Assembly: GCA_048213135.1 (NCBI GenBank) | Contig: PS015499.1 | Span: 32,204 to 68,039 of the forward strand | Length of the DNA: 35,836 nucleotides | Reading direction: 5' to 3' | Origin: Reclinomonas americana ATCC 50394 | Lineage: Eukaryota | In this document: positions 10,383 to 25,388 of the stretch, one piece after another | Position numbering within the stretch: position 1 is the first letter of the stretch | Layout: the number at the start of each line of letters is the position of its first letter | Notes under the pieces: generated by a model | Seen by the model: only the letters and a program-made list of their open reading frames with translations | The model's database searches: none | What the model was told of the DNA's origin: nothing | Made by a program: the position numbers and the translations under genes

Positions 10383-13300
10383 TCACAAGTCAAAGTGCTG
10401 GCAGAACCGCACATAGTCCAAGTCCTTGTGCACGTCGGTAAACATGCGTGCCACCACGTCCACTTGCTCCGCCGTCAGCGGCAGCTTCATCGTGCTCACC
10501 ACGGAGCGGAACTGCGACAGAGTGACTCTGCCGATGCGCACGCGATCAAAGTCCTGGAAGTACGGTCGTGCGAGCGAGCGGTGGCCCTGCGCGCGAGACA
10601 CACGCAAAGAGAAAAAGAGGGAGTTTAGTGTTGTTTCGACACTCCTGCTTGTGACACAGAGTGTGCGTCAAACAAACCTTGGAGTGCTGCAGCAACAGCG
10701 AGCTCGCCGTCTCGAACACGGCCCTGGAGCGAGGTGAGAGCACATCCTGCTCGTCAGCCATCAGCGGGCGCTCTGGTCGGGCCTGGAACGCGCTGATGGT
10801 CTTGTTCGGTGCCTTCTCCAAGTCCCTCTCCGTAAACACTGCACACATACTGGTTGGTGAGCACACACACCGTTTTCCCCCCGTCTGGCAAGTGACGTGA
10901 CGAACCGCTGTCGAGCGCGCGAGTGAAGCGCGGGTAATCGACGCGCTCGTCCGACACAATGTCAGACGGCGCTCGCTTGTAGGCGTCGACGAGACAATCG
11001 AGCTCGCCCTTGCTGAGACGGAGACCGGCCATGTGCAGTGCCGAGCGGAACTTGTTGCCGGTGATGTGGCCGTGGCGCAGTGGGTCGTGGTCTTGCAGGA
11101 ACTGTGGCGCAAACGGATTGAGACACGCAGGGAAAGGAAAGGACACGAGGAATCACACACTCACCTCGTGCACGCGAATGCGCTCGCGAGCCACTTGGCT
11201 CTTGATGCGGTGCAGAATGTCGTCGAGGCTGCCGGGGTCGTCGCTCTGCCGTGCCCCAGCGGAGCCTGCACCAGCATTCGGGTTGCGTTGCTCCTTTGGT
11301 GGATCTGTGACAGCGGCAGGGTGAGACATCAGCCGAGGAAGAGGGGGAAGAACATGTAATGTGGCAAGCTCACCAATCTCGTCCAGGAAGCTGACGTAGT
11401 TGAACTCGCCGGTCTCTGGGTGTCGGTAGCGCTGGTACAACAGGTCGCGCTCCTTCTCGTCGAGCGGCATTGCCAGTGAGGTGGCCACACGACCCCATCG
11501 ACTGCATGCGTCAATGTGAGTGGTCGATGTATAGGATCTTTGAAGATATAGCGACGCAACGCTCGGGTCACTGTGCCGTGACGCAGCGGATCAAAGTCCT
11601 GGAACACCGGCTTGATGTTTGTCGTCTGGCACGACACCATGTGGCGCAGACGCTGCACGATGCCGTCCATCTCCCGCTCGGCCGAATCGACCGCACGAGG
11701 AGCCGTGCGATTGAGAATGCGCTCGCGCACCACCTCCGCACCGCGGCGGACAGAGACCGTCGGCTTCTTCTCCAATCTCTTCTCCGAGAACACTGCGCCA
11801 CCACCAGTCGACAAGGTGAGTGCAAACCAACTCGAATCACACACATCGCCGCGCCCCCCACTCACCCTCCTCCATGGAGTCGTTAAAGCGCACCCAGTTG
11901 ACTGAGCGCGGAGCCTTGCTGTCGCGGTACCGTGCAATCAGCGCAGCGACGGCACTCTCCGGCACGCGCAGCTTGGCCGCATCCAGCACCTGTCGCAACT
12001 GCGTCTCGGTCACCACTCCCGAGCTGAGCACACGCATAGTGGGTGAGTGAATTCGTCAACACTCGCCATCCACACACACACAAACACACGAAGACACTCA
12101 CCGAAGGCGATCGTACTGCTGGAAAAAGTCAGTGAGGCGCGTGTGTGTCGTAAAGAGGCGCTCCCGAATGGCGTTCTCGGCCTCGTCAATCTCCTCGTCG
12201 GTGAGCGGCGCATTGTCGCCGGCCTCGCGCCACGGGAAGTTGGCCAGATTGACATTGGTGGACTCGGTCAGGCGCTGCGCCGCATCGCGTCGCGTGTCCT
12301 CGTACAGCGAGTCCACATCTCGGCAGAAGAACTCGTAGTTCACCTGGCCGTCGCCATCGTCGTCGTAGCGCGAGAAGAGCGCCTTGTACTGACCCTCGCT
12401 CAGCTCAAAGCCGGCCGTCGTCAGCACGCGCTGGAATCTCGAGCGCGTAATGTGGTTCTTGGCGTACAGACCTGNNNNNNNNNNNNNNNNNNNNNNNNNN
12501 NNNNNNNNNNNNNNNNNNNNNNNNNNNNNNNNNNNNNNNNNNNNNNNNNNNNNNNNNNNNNNNNNNNNNNNNNNNNNNNNNNNNNNNNNNNNNNNNNNNN
12601 NNNNNNNNNNNNNNNNNNNNNNNNNNNNNNNNNNNNNNNNNNNNNNNNNNNNNNNNNNNNNNNNNNNNNNNNNNNNNNNNNNNNNNNNNNNNNNNNNNNN
12701 NNNNNNNNNNNNNNNNNNNNNNNNNNNNNNNNNNNNNNNNNNNNNNNNNNNNNNNNNNNNNNNNNNNNNNNNNNNNNNNNNNNNNNNNNNNNNNNNNNNN
12801 NNNNNNNNNNNNNNNNNNNNNNNNNNNNNNNNNNNNNNNNNNNNNNNNNNNNNNNNNNNNNNNNNNNAAGAGAGGGAAGAGAGAGAAGGGGAAACCGGAT
12901 GAGAGGAAGGGAGAAGGTCGGGTGAGACGCATGAGGATAACCTGAAGAGAGACAAGGAGAGCAAGACGAAGAAAGAGAAAGACGGCGTGTTGCGTAGGCG
13001 AGCCAAAGGATGACTTTGTGTGCGTGTGAGTGTGTGAGTGTGTTCTCTGCAAGTACATGTTTACGTTTGTCTCTGCCAGTGTGAATGACTGTCTCTTTGC
13101 ATGCTGCAAGTGTGTCTGTGTGCATCTCTCAATTTGTATCTCTCTCTCTCTCTCAATCCAAGTGCGTGTTTGTGTTTCTTGTCTCATGTGCGAGTATACA
13201 TCCGTGCGAGTGCGTCTGCAGCTACCTGTCCTTGGTTCACATCAACCCTCATTTCTTATGCACACACCTTCAAAAAGTCCATCAGCGACTCGATGGTGTT

Positions 13301-15088
13301 GCACTGCGTCTGCGGCACCTGCGGATCCGAGATCTCACGGTAGGCGTCGGTGGGCAGCGACGGACCGCCAGGAGCACCCGCACGCTGAGCGGTGCGCGAC
13401 AGGCCACGCGACGAGTCGAGCATCGAGTGCAACTCGGCGTAGCGCACGTCGACACCGTTCGGGTGTGCGAGCTTGGCGCACAGCACCTCGGCCTCGGCGG
13501 CAGACAAGCGGAAGGGCAGCGTCTTGTCCCCGAGACACACGCAGTCAGCGACAAGGCAAATCACACAGCTGGTGCTTGCCACTCACCCGCAGGAACTGCG
13601 CCTTGGTCACAAAGCCGCGGCGGAGCGGATCAAAGTCCTCAAACACGGAGCGCAAGTGCAATCCGCGCGAGCCCGCCTCGTGACGCAAACGCACCAGCAG
13701 CTGCTCAAAGGCCTCCTCGGCGCGCGGTGAGAGTGTCGGCAGCGCCGACGCCTCCACCAGTTCTTGCACGTTCGGCACGCTCATGGTGGGTGCCTTTTCC
13801 AAGTTGCGCAGCGTGAAGGCCTCGTTCATCTTGTCGCAGAACTGTGGAGAAGGGGAACGGATAAGTAAGAGGAAGGGGATGAGAGGGAAGGGGATCGGAG
13901 GGATAGGAGGCGACAGATACGGGCCTGTATCTCTGTGCATACTGTGTCAAGCACACAGAGTGCGCCTTCTTCCGAATCTCACGCCCTGCTGAGAAAGAGA
14001 GATAGGCGTGCTCTGTGCTTCAGTGCATGCTGTGTGGCAGGCACAAAAGAGTGCACTCTTCATCAAAGAGAAAGGCGACGGATACTGCGCTCTGTGCCTC
14101 CATGTGGCAGGAACAAAGAGTGGAAATCGTGTGCACTCTTCATCTGCACCTGACGCTCACTGAGAAAGGATGTACGAGAGACACATACGACGGAGAGCGG
14201 TTAGATACATCCTTCCTCTGTGCGTACTGCGCTGCAGGCACAAAGAGTGCAGTCTTCATCAGAATCTAAAGCCCATTTGGGAAAGAGAAAAGCGACGAAT
14301 ACTGCGCTCTGTGCCTCCGTGTGGCAGGCACAAAGAGTGGAAATCATGTGCACTCTTCCTCTGCACCAGACGCTCACTGAGAAAGGATGTACGAGAGACA
14401 CATGAGCGGTTAGCTACGTCCTTCCTCTGTGTGTCTGTGTCTGTGTGGCAGGTATGAGAATCTAAAGCCCATTGGGAAAGAGAAAGGCAACGGACACAGC
14501 CTTCGTGTGACAGGCACCAAGAATAAGGCTCGTCTGTAGATCAACAACGACAAACCAAGAACGAGATGAAGAAGAGCACGAAGGAGGAAGAGAAGAACAA
14601 AACAGGAAGAAGAGGAGAGCAATGAGAAAGAGAGTCACCTTCCGCATGCACATCTGCTGCATGACTCGGAACATTCCCCACCACTACACGCTCTCCTCTC
14701 CCTTCCCTCTCCCTTCCCTCTTGCCCACGCAACTCGCACATAGTTGAGCAGCGGAGGCGAGTTGAGTCCGGCCGCGGCCTGCGCATGCGGATCCGCATAC
14801 TCATGCACCAGCACCTCCATTTCCTCCTCAGAGAGCGTCGCACCCGCCATGTGCAAGCATCGTGCAAACTGATCGCGAGTCACGAATCCTGCTCGGAACA
14901 AGCAAAGCAAAGCACGCGTTTTCGACAATGTCAGTCAACAGAGGGAGAGAGAGTGTGTGAGCAGTGTGTGTGTAACCTTTGCGCAGGCGATCAAAGTTGT
15001 TGAAAAACTCCTCCAGACGCACTCGCTTCGCAAACAAAACCGTTCGCACGCGCGTCTCCAAACGCGCAACTTCCGCCACAGGTGGCAT
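10383..15088 (-). CDS. Multi-EF-hand repeat protein, CFAP115/EFCAB6-like (probable axonemal protein); part hidden in gap 12475-12867
   Basis: At least 7 repeats of the form R.R...FF.DFD.LR.G.(I/V)T..QF...L....(V)NY..F...(VF)T...LEK.P. Examples: RVRLEEFFNNFDRLRKGFVTRDQFARCL, VFEDFDPLRRGFVTKAQFLR, FFQQYDRLRSGVVTETQL, VFQDFDPLRHGTVT, FLQDHDPLRHGHITGNKFRSAL, YFQDFDRVRIGRVTLSQFRSVV...LDYVRFCQHFDL*. The EF-hand call is direct; the orthology is inferred. Confidence 0.85.
14040..14520. repeat. ~217 bp tandem duplication inside the long EF-hand gene intron (13843-14733)
   Basis: gcgacg.atactgcgctctgtgcctcc.tgtggcagg.acaaagagtggaaatc.tgtgcactctt...ctcactgagaaaggatgtacgagagacacat occurs at ~14075 and ~14292, plus a partial third copy (gaatctaaagcccatt.gg) at ~14458. 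Confidence 0.9.
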
Positions 15089-15280
15089 CACTCTCACTCA
15101 CACTGACACACTCAATCAAGCACTCAGTGTCACACTAGTTGTTGTTGCTGTTGTTTGACGACAGTGGCCGCGCACACAGTGACAAAATGCAAAATGTTGC
15201 GCAACAACTGCCGTGGACAATCGCATGACTAAGCTGTCTGGACAACCTTAGGGCACGTGTTCGCTTTTAGTGTTTTTTTA
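15089..15280. promoter_or_regulatory. Probable bidirectional promoter between the EF-hand gene and the WD40 gene
   Basis: 192 bp between divergent ATGs. Perfect palindrome GTTGCGCAAC at 15196-15205. Confidence 0.5.
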
Positions 15281-17257
15281 ATGAGCAAGAAGGCAGCAGC
15301 TTCGGCTGGTGGAAAGAAGGGCAAGAGCAGTGGTGGTGGGAGTGCGAAGAACAGCGCGCGAGCTGCGGGCGAGGAAAGTGCGGGAGGGGGAATGGATGCG
15401 GCTGCGGCCATGATTCATGAGTTTAGGCAGCTCAAGCCGCCGGATGTTGCGTATGATGGGGAGGAGAAGGGGATGAGAAGGGGAGGTGAAGGGGAGGAGA
15501 AGGGGAGGAGAAGGGGAGGAGATGGGGAGGAGAAGGGGAGGTGAGATCCAGTGAGAGGAGGGATGATTGTGAAAGCGTTACACGCGCTCACTCTCTCTCT
15601 CACACACACACGTACGCACACACGCGCACACGCATACACTCACACTGAGAGGAGATCGCAAGACGAGCATGATCTGAATGACAACGATCACGGACACACG
15701 CAATCAGAGACCGTCTCTCTCACTCGCACACACTTTCACTCTCTCACTCTCTCATACGTACATGTGTATGTACGCGCACAGTGAGAGCGACGCATAGAGG
15801 GCCACAAGAGAGAACGATCGCCGATTGGCTAAAAATCGCAATCACGGACACACTCTCCTCTCTTGCCCTCTCTCTCTCACACACACATGCACACCACCAT
15901 CACCATCATGCACTCTGTGCCTTTCAACCTTGCTTGCCTGCATGCGTGCTTATTTCCTCTCTCTCGCGTTTTTGTGTGTGTCCGGAGCACAGGTGGCGAG
16001 CGTGTTGCACTCGGTGTACACGGGCGCACTCGGTGCCATCTCATCGCTGCGCATCACCGACTCGTCGTTCATCTGTGGCGGACTGGAGGGAACACTGGCC
16101 GAGTACAACCTCGAGGTGATGATTTGCCAGTTGGCAGTTTGTTCCGCACACCACCATGATTGCTTAATAATTTGTGGACAGAATGGTGATTGTGTCAAGG
16201 TGTTTGATGCGCATGAAGGTGCGGTGACGGCTCTGGCGACTGTGGGCGATACGCTATGCTCGGCGTCGTCGGATGGCGTCACACGCGTGTGGGATATTAA
16301 TGTGCGTTCGTTTTTGCGTGATCAAATTTGCGGCTGCTCATCTTGCCTATGCAGTCGGGCGAATGCGAATGCGAATTTGAGTCGCACGAGCGCGGGGTGA
16401 ATAGCATTGATCTGCGTGGGCGGACGCTGCTGTCGGGCGGCGGCGATGGAGTGGTGGTGGTGCACGATACCGAGTCGCGCCGGTTACTATCCGTGTACAA
16501 TCATCACACGTCGGCCGTGAGCTGCGTGAGGCAGACGGTGAAGGGCATGGCGGTGAGCGGCTCGTGGGACCGCACCGTCGTGTGCTTTGACATCGAGACC
16601 GGTCAGGCGCTGAACTGCTACCGCGGCGAAATCGATGCCGTGTCGTGCTGCTCGGTGGACGACTCGTCGGCGCAGCTGTTTGTGGGATCGACCAGTGGCA
16701 TTGTGCGGGCTTATGATTTGCGGGTGCGCCTCCTCTTCGCCTTCTCCTCCGTTCACCGTCCGTCTCCTCACCATTCTGCAGGCCCCGAATGGACTGCCGT
16801 TCCGCACCATGCGTGGCCACCGCGACTGCGTGTACTCATTACTGCTGCACGGCGATCTGCTGCATTCGGCCAGTGAAGACGGCACCGTACGGCAGTGGCG
16901 ACTCGGCGACGGCTCCTGCACGTTTGTGTTTGAGGGTCACACGGACGGCGTCCGCGAAGTGTGCCTCGACGTCGAATCCAACCTGCTCTTCTCGGGCTCC
17001 TTTGACCACACTGTGCGCAGCTGGGATCTGGAGGTGTGTGACACGTGGAGCGGAGGGAGCGATGTTTGTGTATAGTTGCTCAGTCGTGCGCTGCGCAGCA
17101 AGTGGCCAAGTGCGTGGACTACATGGACCAGAAGCGATTGGTGGAGGCCGAGGAAAATCGGCGCGAGGCTGCTGCACAGGCTGCAGTGGCCAAGGCCGCG
17201 AAAAAGTCAAAGGGTGGCGACAAGAAGGGCAAGAAGGGCGGCAAGAAGAAGAAGTAG
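15281..17257 (+). CDS. WD40-repeat protein (~7 blades) with Lys/Gly-rich N- and C-terminal tails
   Basis: Exons ~15281-15445, 15993-16115, 16182-16281, 16355-16723, 16782-17033 and 17099-17257. GH...WD repeats include AHEGAVTALATVGDTLCSASSDGVTRVWD, HTSAVSCV...VSGSWDRTVVCFD, GHRDCVYSL...SASEDGTVRQW and GHTDGVREV...FSGSFDHTVRSWD. Ends KKGKKGGKKKK*. Confidence 0.88.
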
Positions 17258-17631
17258 TGTAAAATCACAGCAAATTTCGTCAAGAATCGCCACTTACTTT
17301 GCGCTGTCTCTGTTTGAGCGCACAAATGCTCATTCTCTTGTGCACCTCTCGTTAACCAGCTGTGTGCGCTGTGTGCGTGTGCTCTTGTGAGTGTGAGTGA
17401 GTGGCATTATTTTCCGCGTTGCTCCTCAGTTTCACAAAAGTGAGCACACAACCGTCGAGTGAGCACACGCGCGCGCAAGCAACACGCTCTCACACAGGAC
17501 TCGAGCATACACTCAAGGCGTCGCTGACAGAGACACAGAGAGAGAGAGCAAGCGCGTGTGTGAGAGAGATGTGAGTCGTCGCGTGCTTTCATCTCTGTTC
17601 CCCCCCGCACTTGTCTCATCTTCTCCTCCTC

Positions 17632-20600
17632 ATGTCCACACAGACCATGCACCGCAGTGCAGCAGCTGCTATCACAGCACACATCGACAATGTCTCCTAC
17701 GACAGCGACGATGATGATTTCGAGGCACCAGTCATGCGCAGTGCCTCGTCGTCCTCGTCGGTCACTGGACGACGCACGCCACTGAAGCCGTCGCAGGTGC
17801 CAGTGGTGAAAGGACGACAGTTCCCGCCTGTGACTGGCCCGAACTCGCGACGACGCGCCAGTGAGGGATCAGTCGCCAGCAACAGCAGCAGCAGCAGCAA
17901 GCGCAGTGCAAAGGGAAGCAGCAGCTCGTCGCCGAGTCAGCGTGGTGCGCACGGAGAGACGGTGTTGATGATGGGAACAACGGTCGGTTCGTCGCGTGTA
18001 TCAACCGTGTCGGCAGGCGAGGGCGATGTGTCGACGGATGCGGGGCGAGGGCTGGAGGGCACGCGGGTGCGCGAGGCTGTCGATGCGGAGAGCATGTTTG
18101 AGGAGGTGCGTTGCCTGGCTGCTCTATCTCTGCTCAACGAGGTGCTCACGGTGCTGGTGTTGCAGATGTGGTTTGCGCCGTTTGGCAGCGGCATGCGAGT
18201 GAGCAGCGGTTCGACCGTGTCGAGCATGTCGGCGGCGACGCCGATTGACGACGAGTCCGACGATGTGGCGATGCTGTCGGTGAGCTCGCTCCTGTCGGGT
18301 GGCTCGCTGGCCGGCAGCGCAGGGTGCGATCGGCGAGTGCTGGCCATGTCACCGACGAATCAACATCTGATTGCGTGCGGCGGTGCTCGGCCGCGCATTC
18401 TGCGCCTCACGCCGTCGGGTCCCGATCGCGGTTTGCAGACGGTCAAGCGCTTCAAGTTGGAGGGCGGCTACACCAGCGACTGCGTGGCGTGGTCACCGGC
18501 CGGCACGCACCTCGTCTTCTCGAGTGGCACCACACTGCAGCTGTTTGACGTGGACGACGATTTCCCTGTGCCAGTCGAAATTGTCGAGCACGGTACGCTG
18601 ACTGGGAGGAGGAGGAAAAGAGGGGAGGGATGAGGTGACTCACCTTTGCTTGGAATAGGTCACGAGACACTGTTTGTGGCCATGTCGCCGCGCTTGGGTC
18701 TGGAGCAAGTGGCGACGGCGCATTCGGTGGTGGCCACGTTCGGTGACGAGGGTGTGTCGAGCCCCGGCTTGCCGGCGCAGCACTACATTGTGCGTCTGTG
18801 GGCCAGGTCGTCGGGCACGTTTTTGGAGTTCCCCACCAGCCACACACGACCGGTGTGCTCGCTGGCCTTCCGACCCGACGGCGACGTGTTGTGCACCGCG
18901 GGTCTCGACGGCACGTGCGAGTTGTGGAAGGTGGCCTCGAACGGGAAGCCGCTGTCCGTGCCGCAGCGCATGCGCATTGTCATTACGCCGTTGCCGGCCG
19001 TCGAGCCCCTTCATGTGTCGTGGCGATCGGTGAGGAAAGAGGGAAAGGGAAAAGGGGGGAAAGGGGGAAGGGGGGAAGGGGGAAGGGGGGAAGGGCGAGG
19101 GAGAGGGAGAGGGAGAGGGAGAGGCGGGAGAGATGAATGGAGAGGAAGGGAGAGAGGAATGGAGAGGAAGGAATGGTAGGAATGGTGTGTGAGGGAGAGA
19201 GGGAGAGAGAAGAGAAACGGCATGGATGAAGTGAGAGAGATGGCGAAGAATGAATGATGACAGTGTGCAGATAGAATTGAGAAGGCGAGTGTGGGAGCAA
19301 CAGGAATTCGAAAGAGAGAGAAGAGAGGAGCGAGCAAGGTGAGTAAGGCCAGAGGATAGCGAGGAACGAAGGGGAGAGGGAGGAGTGTAAAGCGACAGCG
19401 ATTGAGAGAGAAGACAAACAAGAGCAAGAGAAAGAGACGGGGGAGAGATGAAGGAAAGAGATAGGAGTGACAGAAATGATGCAAAAGAGAATGATGAATG
19501 AAGAGCAAGAAGAACGAGGAGAGGGAGGAGCGTAAAGCGACAGCGATCGAGAGAGAGAGAAGACAGACAAGAGCAAGAGAAAGAGACGGGGGGAGAGATG
19601 AAGGAAAGAGATATGTGACAGAAATGATGCAAAAGAGAATGATGAATGAAGAGCAAGAAGAACGAGGAAAGGGAGGAGCGTAAAGCGACCGTGATCGAGA
19701 GAGAGGAGAGAGCAAGAGGAGATGCGATAGAGACGAGAAAGAGACAGAAGAGGGTAGAGGTAGAAATGCAGAAGGCGAGTAAAAGTGCGAGAGGAATGCA
19801 AGAGAGGGAGCGAGAAAAGTAAGGAGATCAAGGGTAGACTGAGGAGACAGAAATGTTGCGAAAGATAGAGAAGGGAGAGAAGAGAGAGAGAGAGAATGGG
19901 ATGGACACAGAGACAATGCAGAGATGGAGAGATGACTTGGGGTCCGCGCAGAACATGATCATAACCATAGACTTCTCACTCTTTACGTCTCGCAGGACGG
20001 CAAGCGGTTAGCCATTTGCTCCCAGGCCACCAACGGCGGCGTCGTAATCGTCAACACATCCTCGGACACGCTGCGACACACAGTGTATCCGCGTGGCTGT
20101 GTCTGTCCAGCCACCTTTGTGCCCGATAGCGACGTGCTGATCACCTGCCATGCTGGCGAGGTGAGCCCTCTTCATCCCCCCTCCTATCTCCTCTGCACGA
20201 CAACCATGCTCACCCTCTTTTCTTCGCGCGAACCAGATGCTGCAAGCATGGAAACTGGCCAAGCCTGGCCCCGAAGCCGTGCCGCTGGGCCGGCCACTCA
20301 AAGCCGGCGATGTGCCCACCTCGGCCATCACCGACGATGACCATTTCGGGCTGGATGCGGAGGCGCATCGCGCCATTCCGTCGCTGTGCTGGGCGCCCGA
20401 CAACACCTTTGTCATTGGTAGCACCTCGACGGGCATTTTTGTGTATTTTACGGAGACCATGGATGGTGAGTGCGCGTGTGGAAAGGAGTGGAAAGCAGAA
20501 GCATGTGCTGATCTTTTCATCTTTGTGTGTGACAGAGCGCGAAGCCTTTGTGCCACCACGAGTGTCACAGGTCAAGGGCACGGCGGGGGCCGGCACCTCG

Positions 20601-21362
20601 TGTGCTGTGCTCTCGTTCAACCGCAGTCGGCTGCCGGCCGACGTGGAGTACCGCATGGTGGTGAAGAGCATTGATCGAACCAGCAAGGTGGAGACTCTCC
20701 GCCACCTGCACAATCTCGAGGAGATTGAGATGGGCGCCGGCGCGCGTCCCGGTACCGTGGGCGTGGTAGTCTCCAAGCTCAACCCCAACGCCATTCACGA
20801 ATTCGCCTTGCAAGCGCGCCGCGCACCGCAATCGTGCCCACACGGCTGCAGTCTCGTGACACGCGCGCGCGGTCGCGGCCTCGCCTCCGACTGGACCACC
20901 GGACCGTGGAGCACATCGCTCGCGCAACCGGGCCACCTCCAGTTCACCGCGCAGCGCATCGGTCGCACCTCGGTCACCTTCACGTGGAACGCCTCGGTGT
21001 ACACGGCACTGTCGGCACACGCACCATGGGCCCTGCACAGCGTCGAACAGCGCTCACTGCCACGCGAACAGACGCGCATGACGGTGCTGGTGACCTCGGA
21101 GGACCTGGAAACGGTGGCCTGCGAGAAGATCAACCCCGTCACGGGCGAGATGACGGTGCAGGGTCTCGTGCCCGGCCAGGCCTACTCGGTCAGCGTGCAA
21201 TTCGACGACACCAACTGGAACCTCACGTGCCGCGTGACGCTGCCCGGCGAGAAGACGCGTGGCGGTATCAGCCAGGCACGCTGGTGCGCGCTGATGCTCA
21301 CCACACCACCCACCGAGTACGAGGTCGGCGTGCGGGAGCTTGGCTTTGCCGACATGTGCTAG
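17632..21362 (+). CDS. WD40-repeat protein with a Ser-rich disordered N-terminus and C-terminal fibronectin type III-like domains
   Basis: Six frame-consistent exons (introns at ~18106, ~18593, ~19030, ~20161, ~20466). WD-like blades: CVAWSPAGTHLVFS, SHTRPVCSLAFRPDGDVLCTAGLDGTCELWK, IPSLCWAPDNTFVIGS. FN3-like signatures: VVVSKLNPNAIHEFALQAR, SVTFTWN, MTVQGLVPGQAYSVSVQ. Start at 17632 or 17647 (in-frame ATGs). Confidence 0.78.
19350..19720. repeat. ~149 bp purine-rich tandem duplication in the long intron (19030-19995)
   Basis: gaagagcaagaagaacgagga.agggaggagcgtaaagcgac and aagagcaagagaaagagacggggg...gtgacagaaatgatgcaaaagagaatgatgaat repeated about 2.5 times. Confidence 0.88.
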
Positions 21363-21416
21363 ATGATAGCTTCGTTGTTAAGTGAAATTTGTTTTTTGTT
21401 TTGCATTCGTGTTGTT

Positions 21417-25247
<3,831 letters not shown>

Positions 25248-25388
25248 CGCCCTGCCGGTCTGGCGGCACATCAATTAAGCACTCACAATATACACACACT
25301 CATAGCTTGCACTCGCTCATTTGAATTGTTTTACTGTTGATGGTCGACGAGAATACTCGGCAGAGAGTGCGCACCAGCAACACGATCG

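Noticed and set aside
15885..15912. Poly-His stretch (HAHHHHHH) in ORF 15781-16119
   Set aside because: A CAC/CAT microsatellite within the first intron of the WD40 gene, not in the coding frame.
18640..19916. Several 280-340 aa Leu/Ser/Phe-rich minus-strand ORFs that look membrane-like
   Set aside because: They are translations of the CT-rich strand of a repetitive intron, which lacks stops for compositional reasons.
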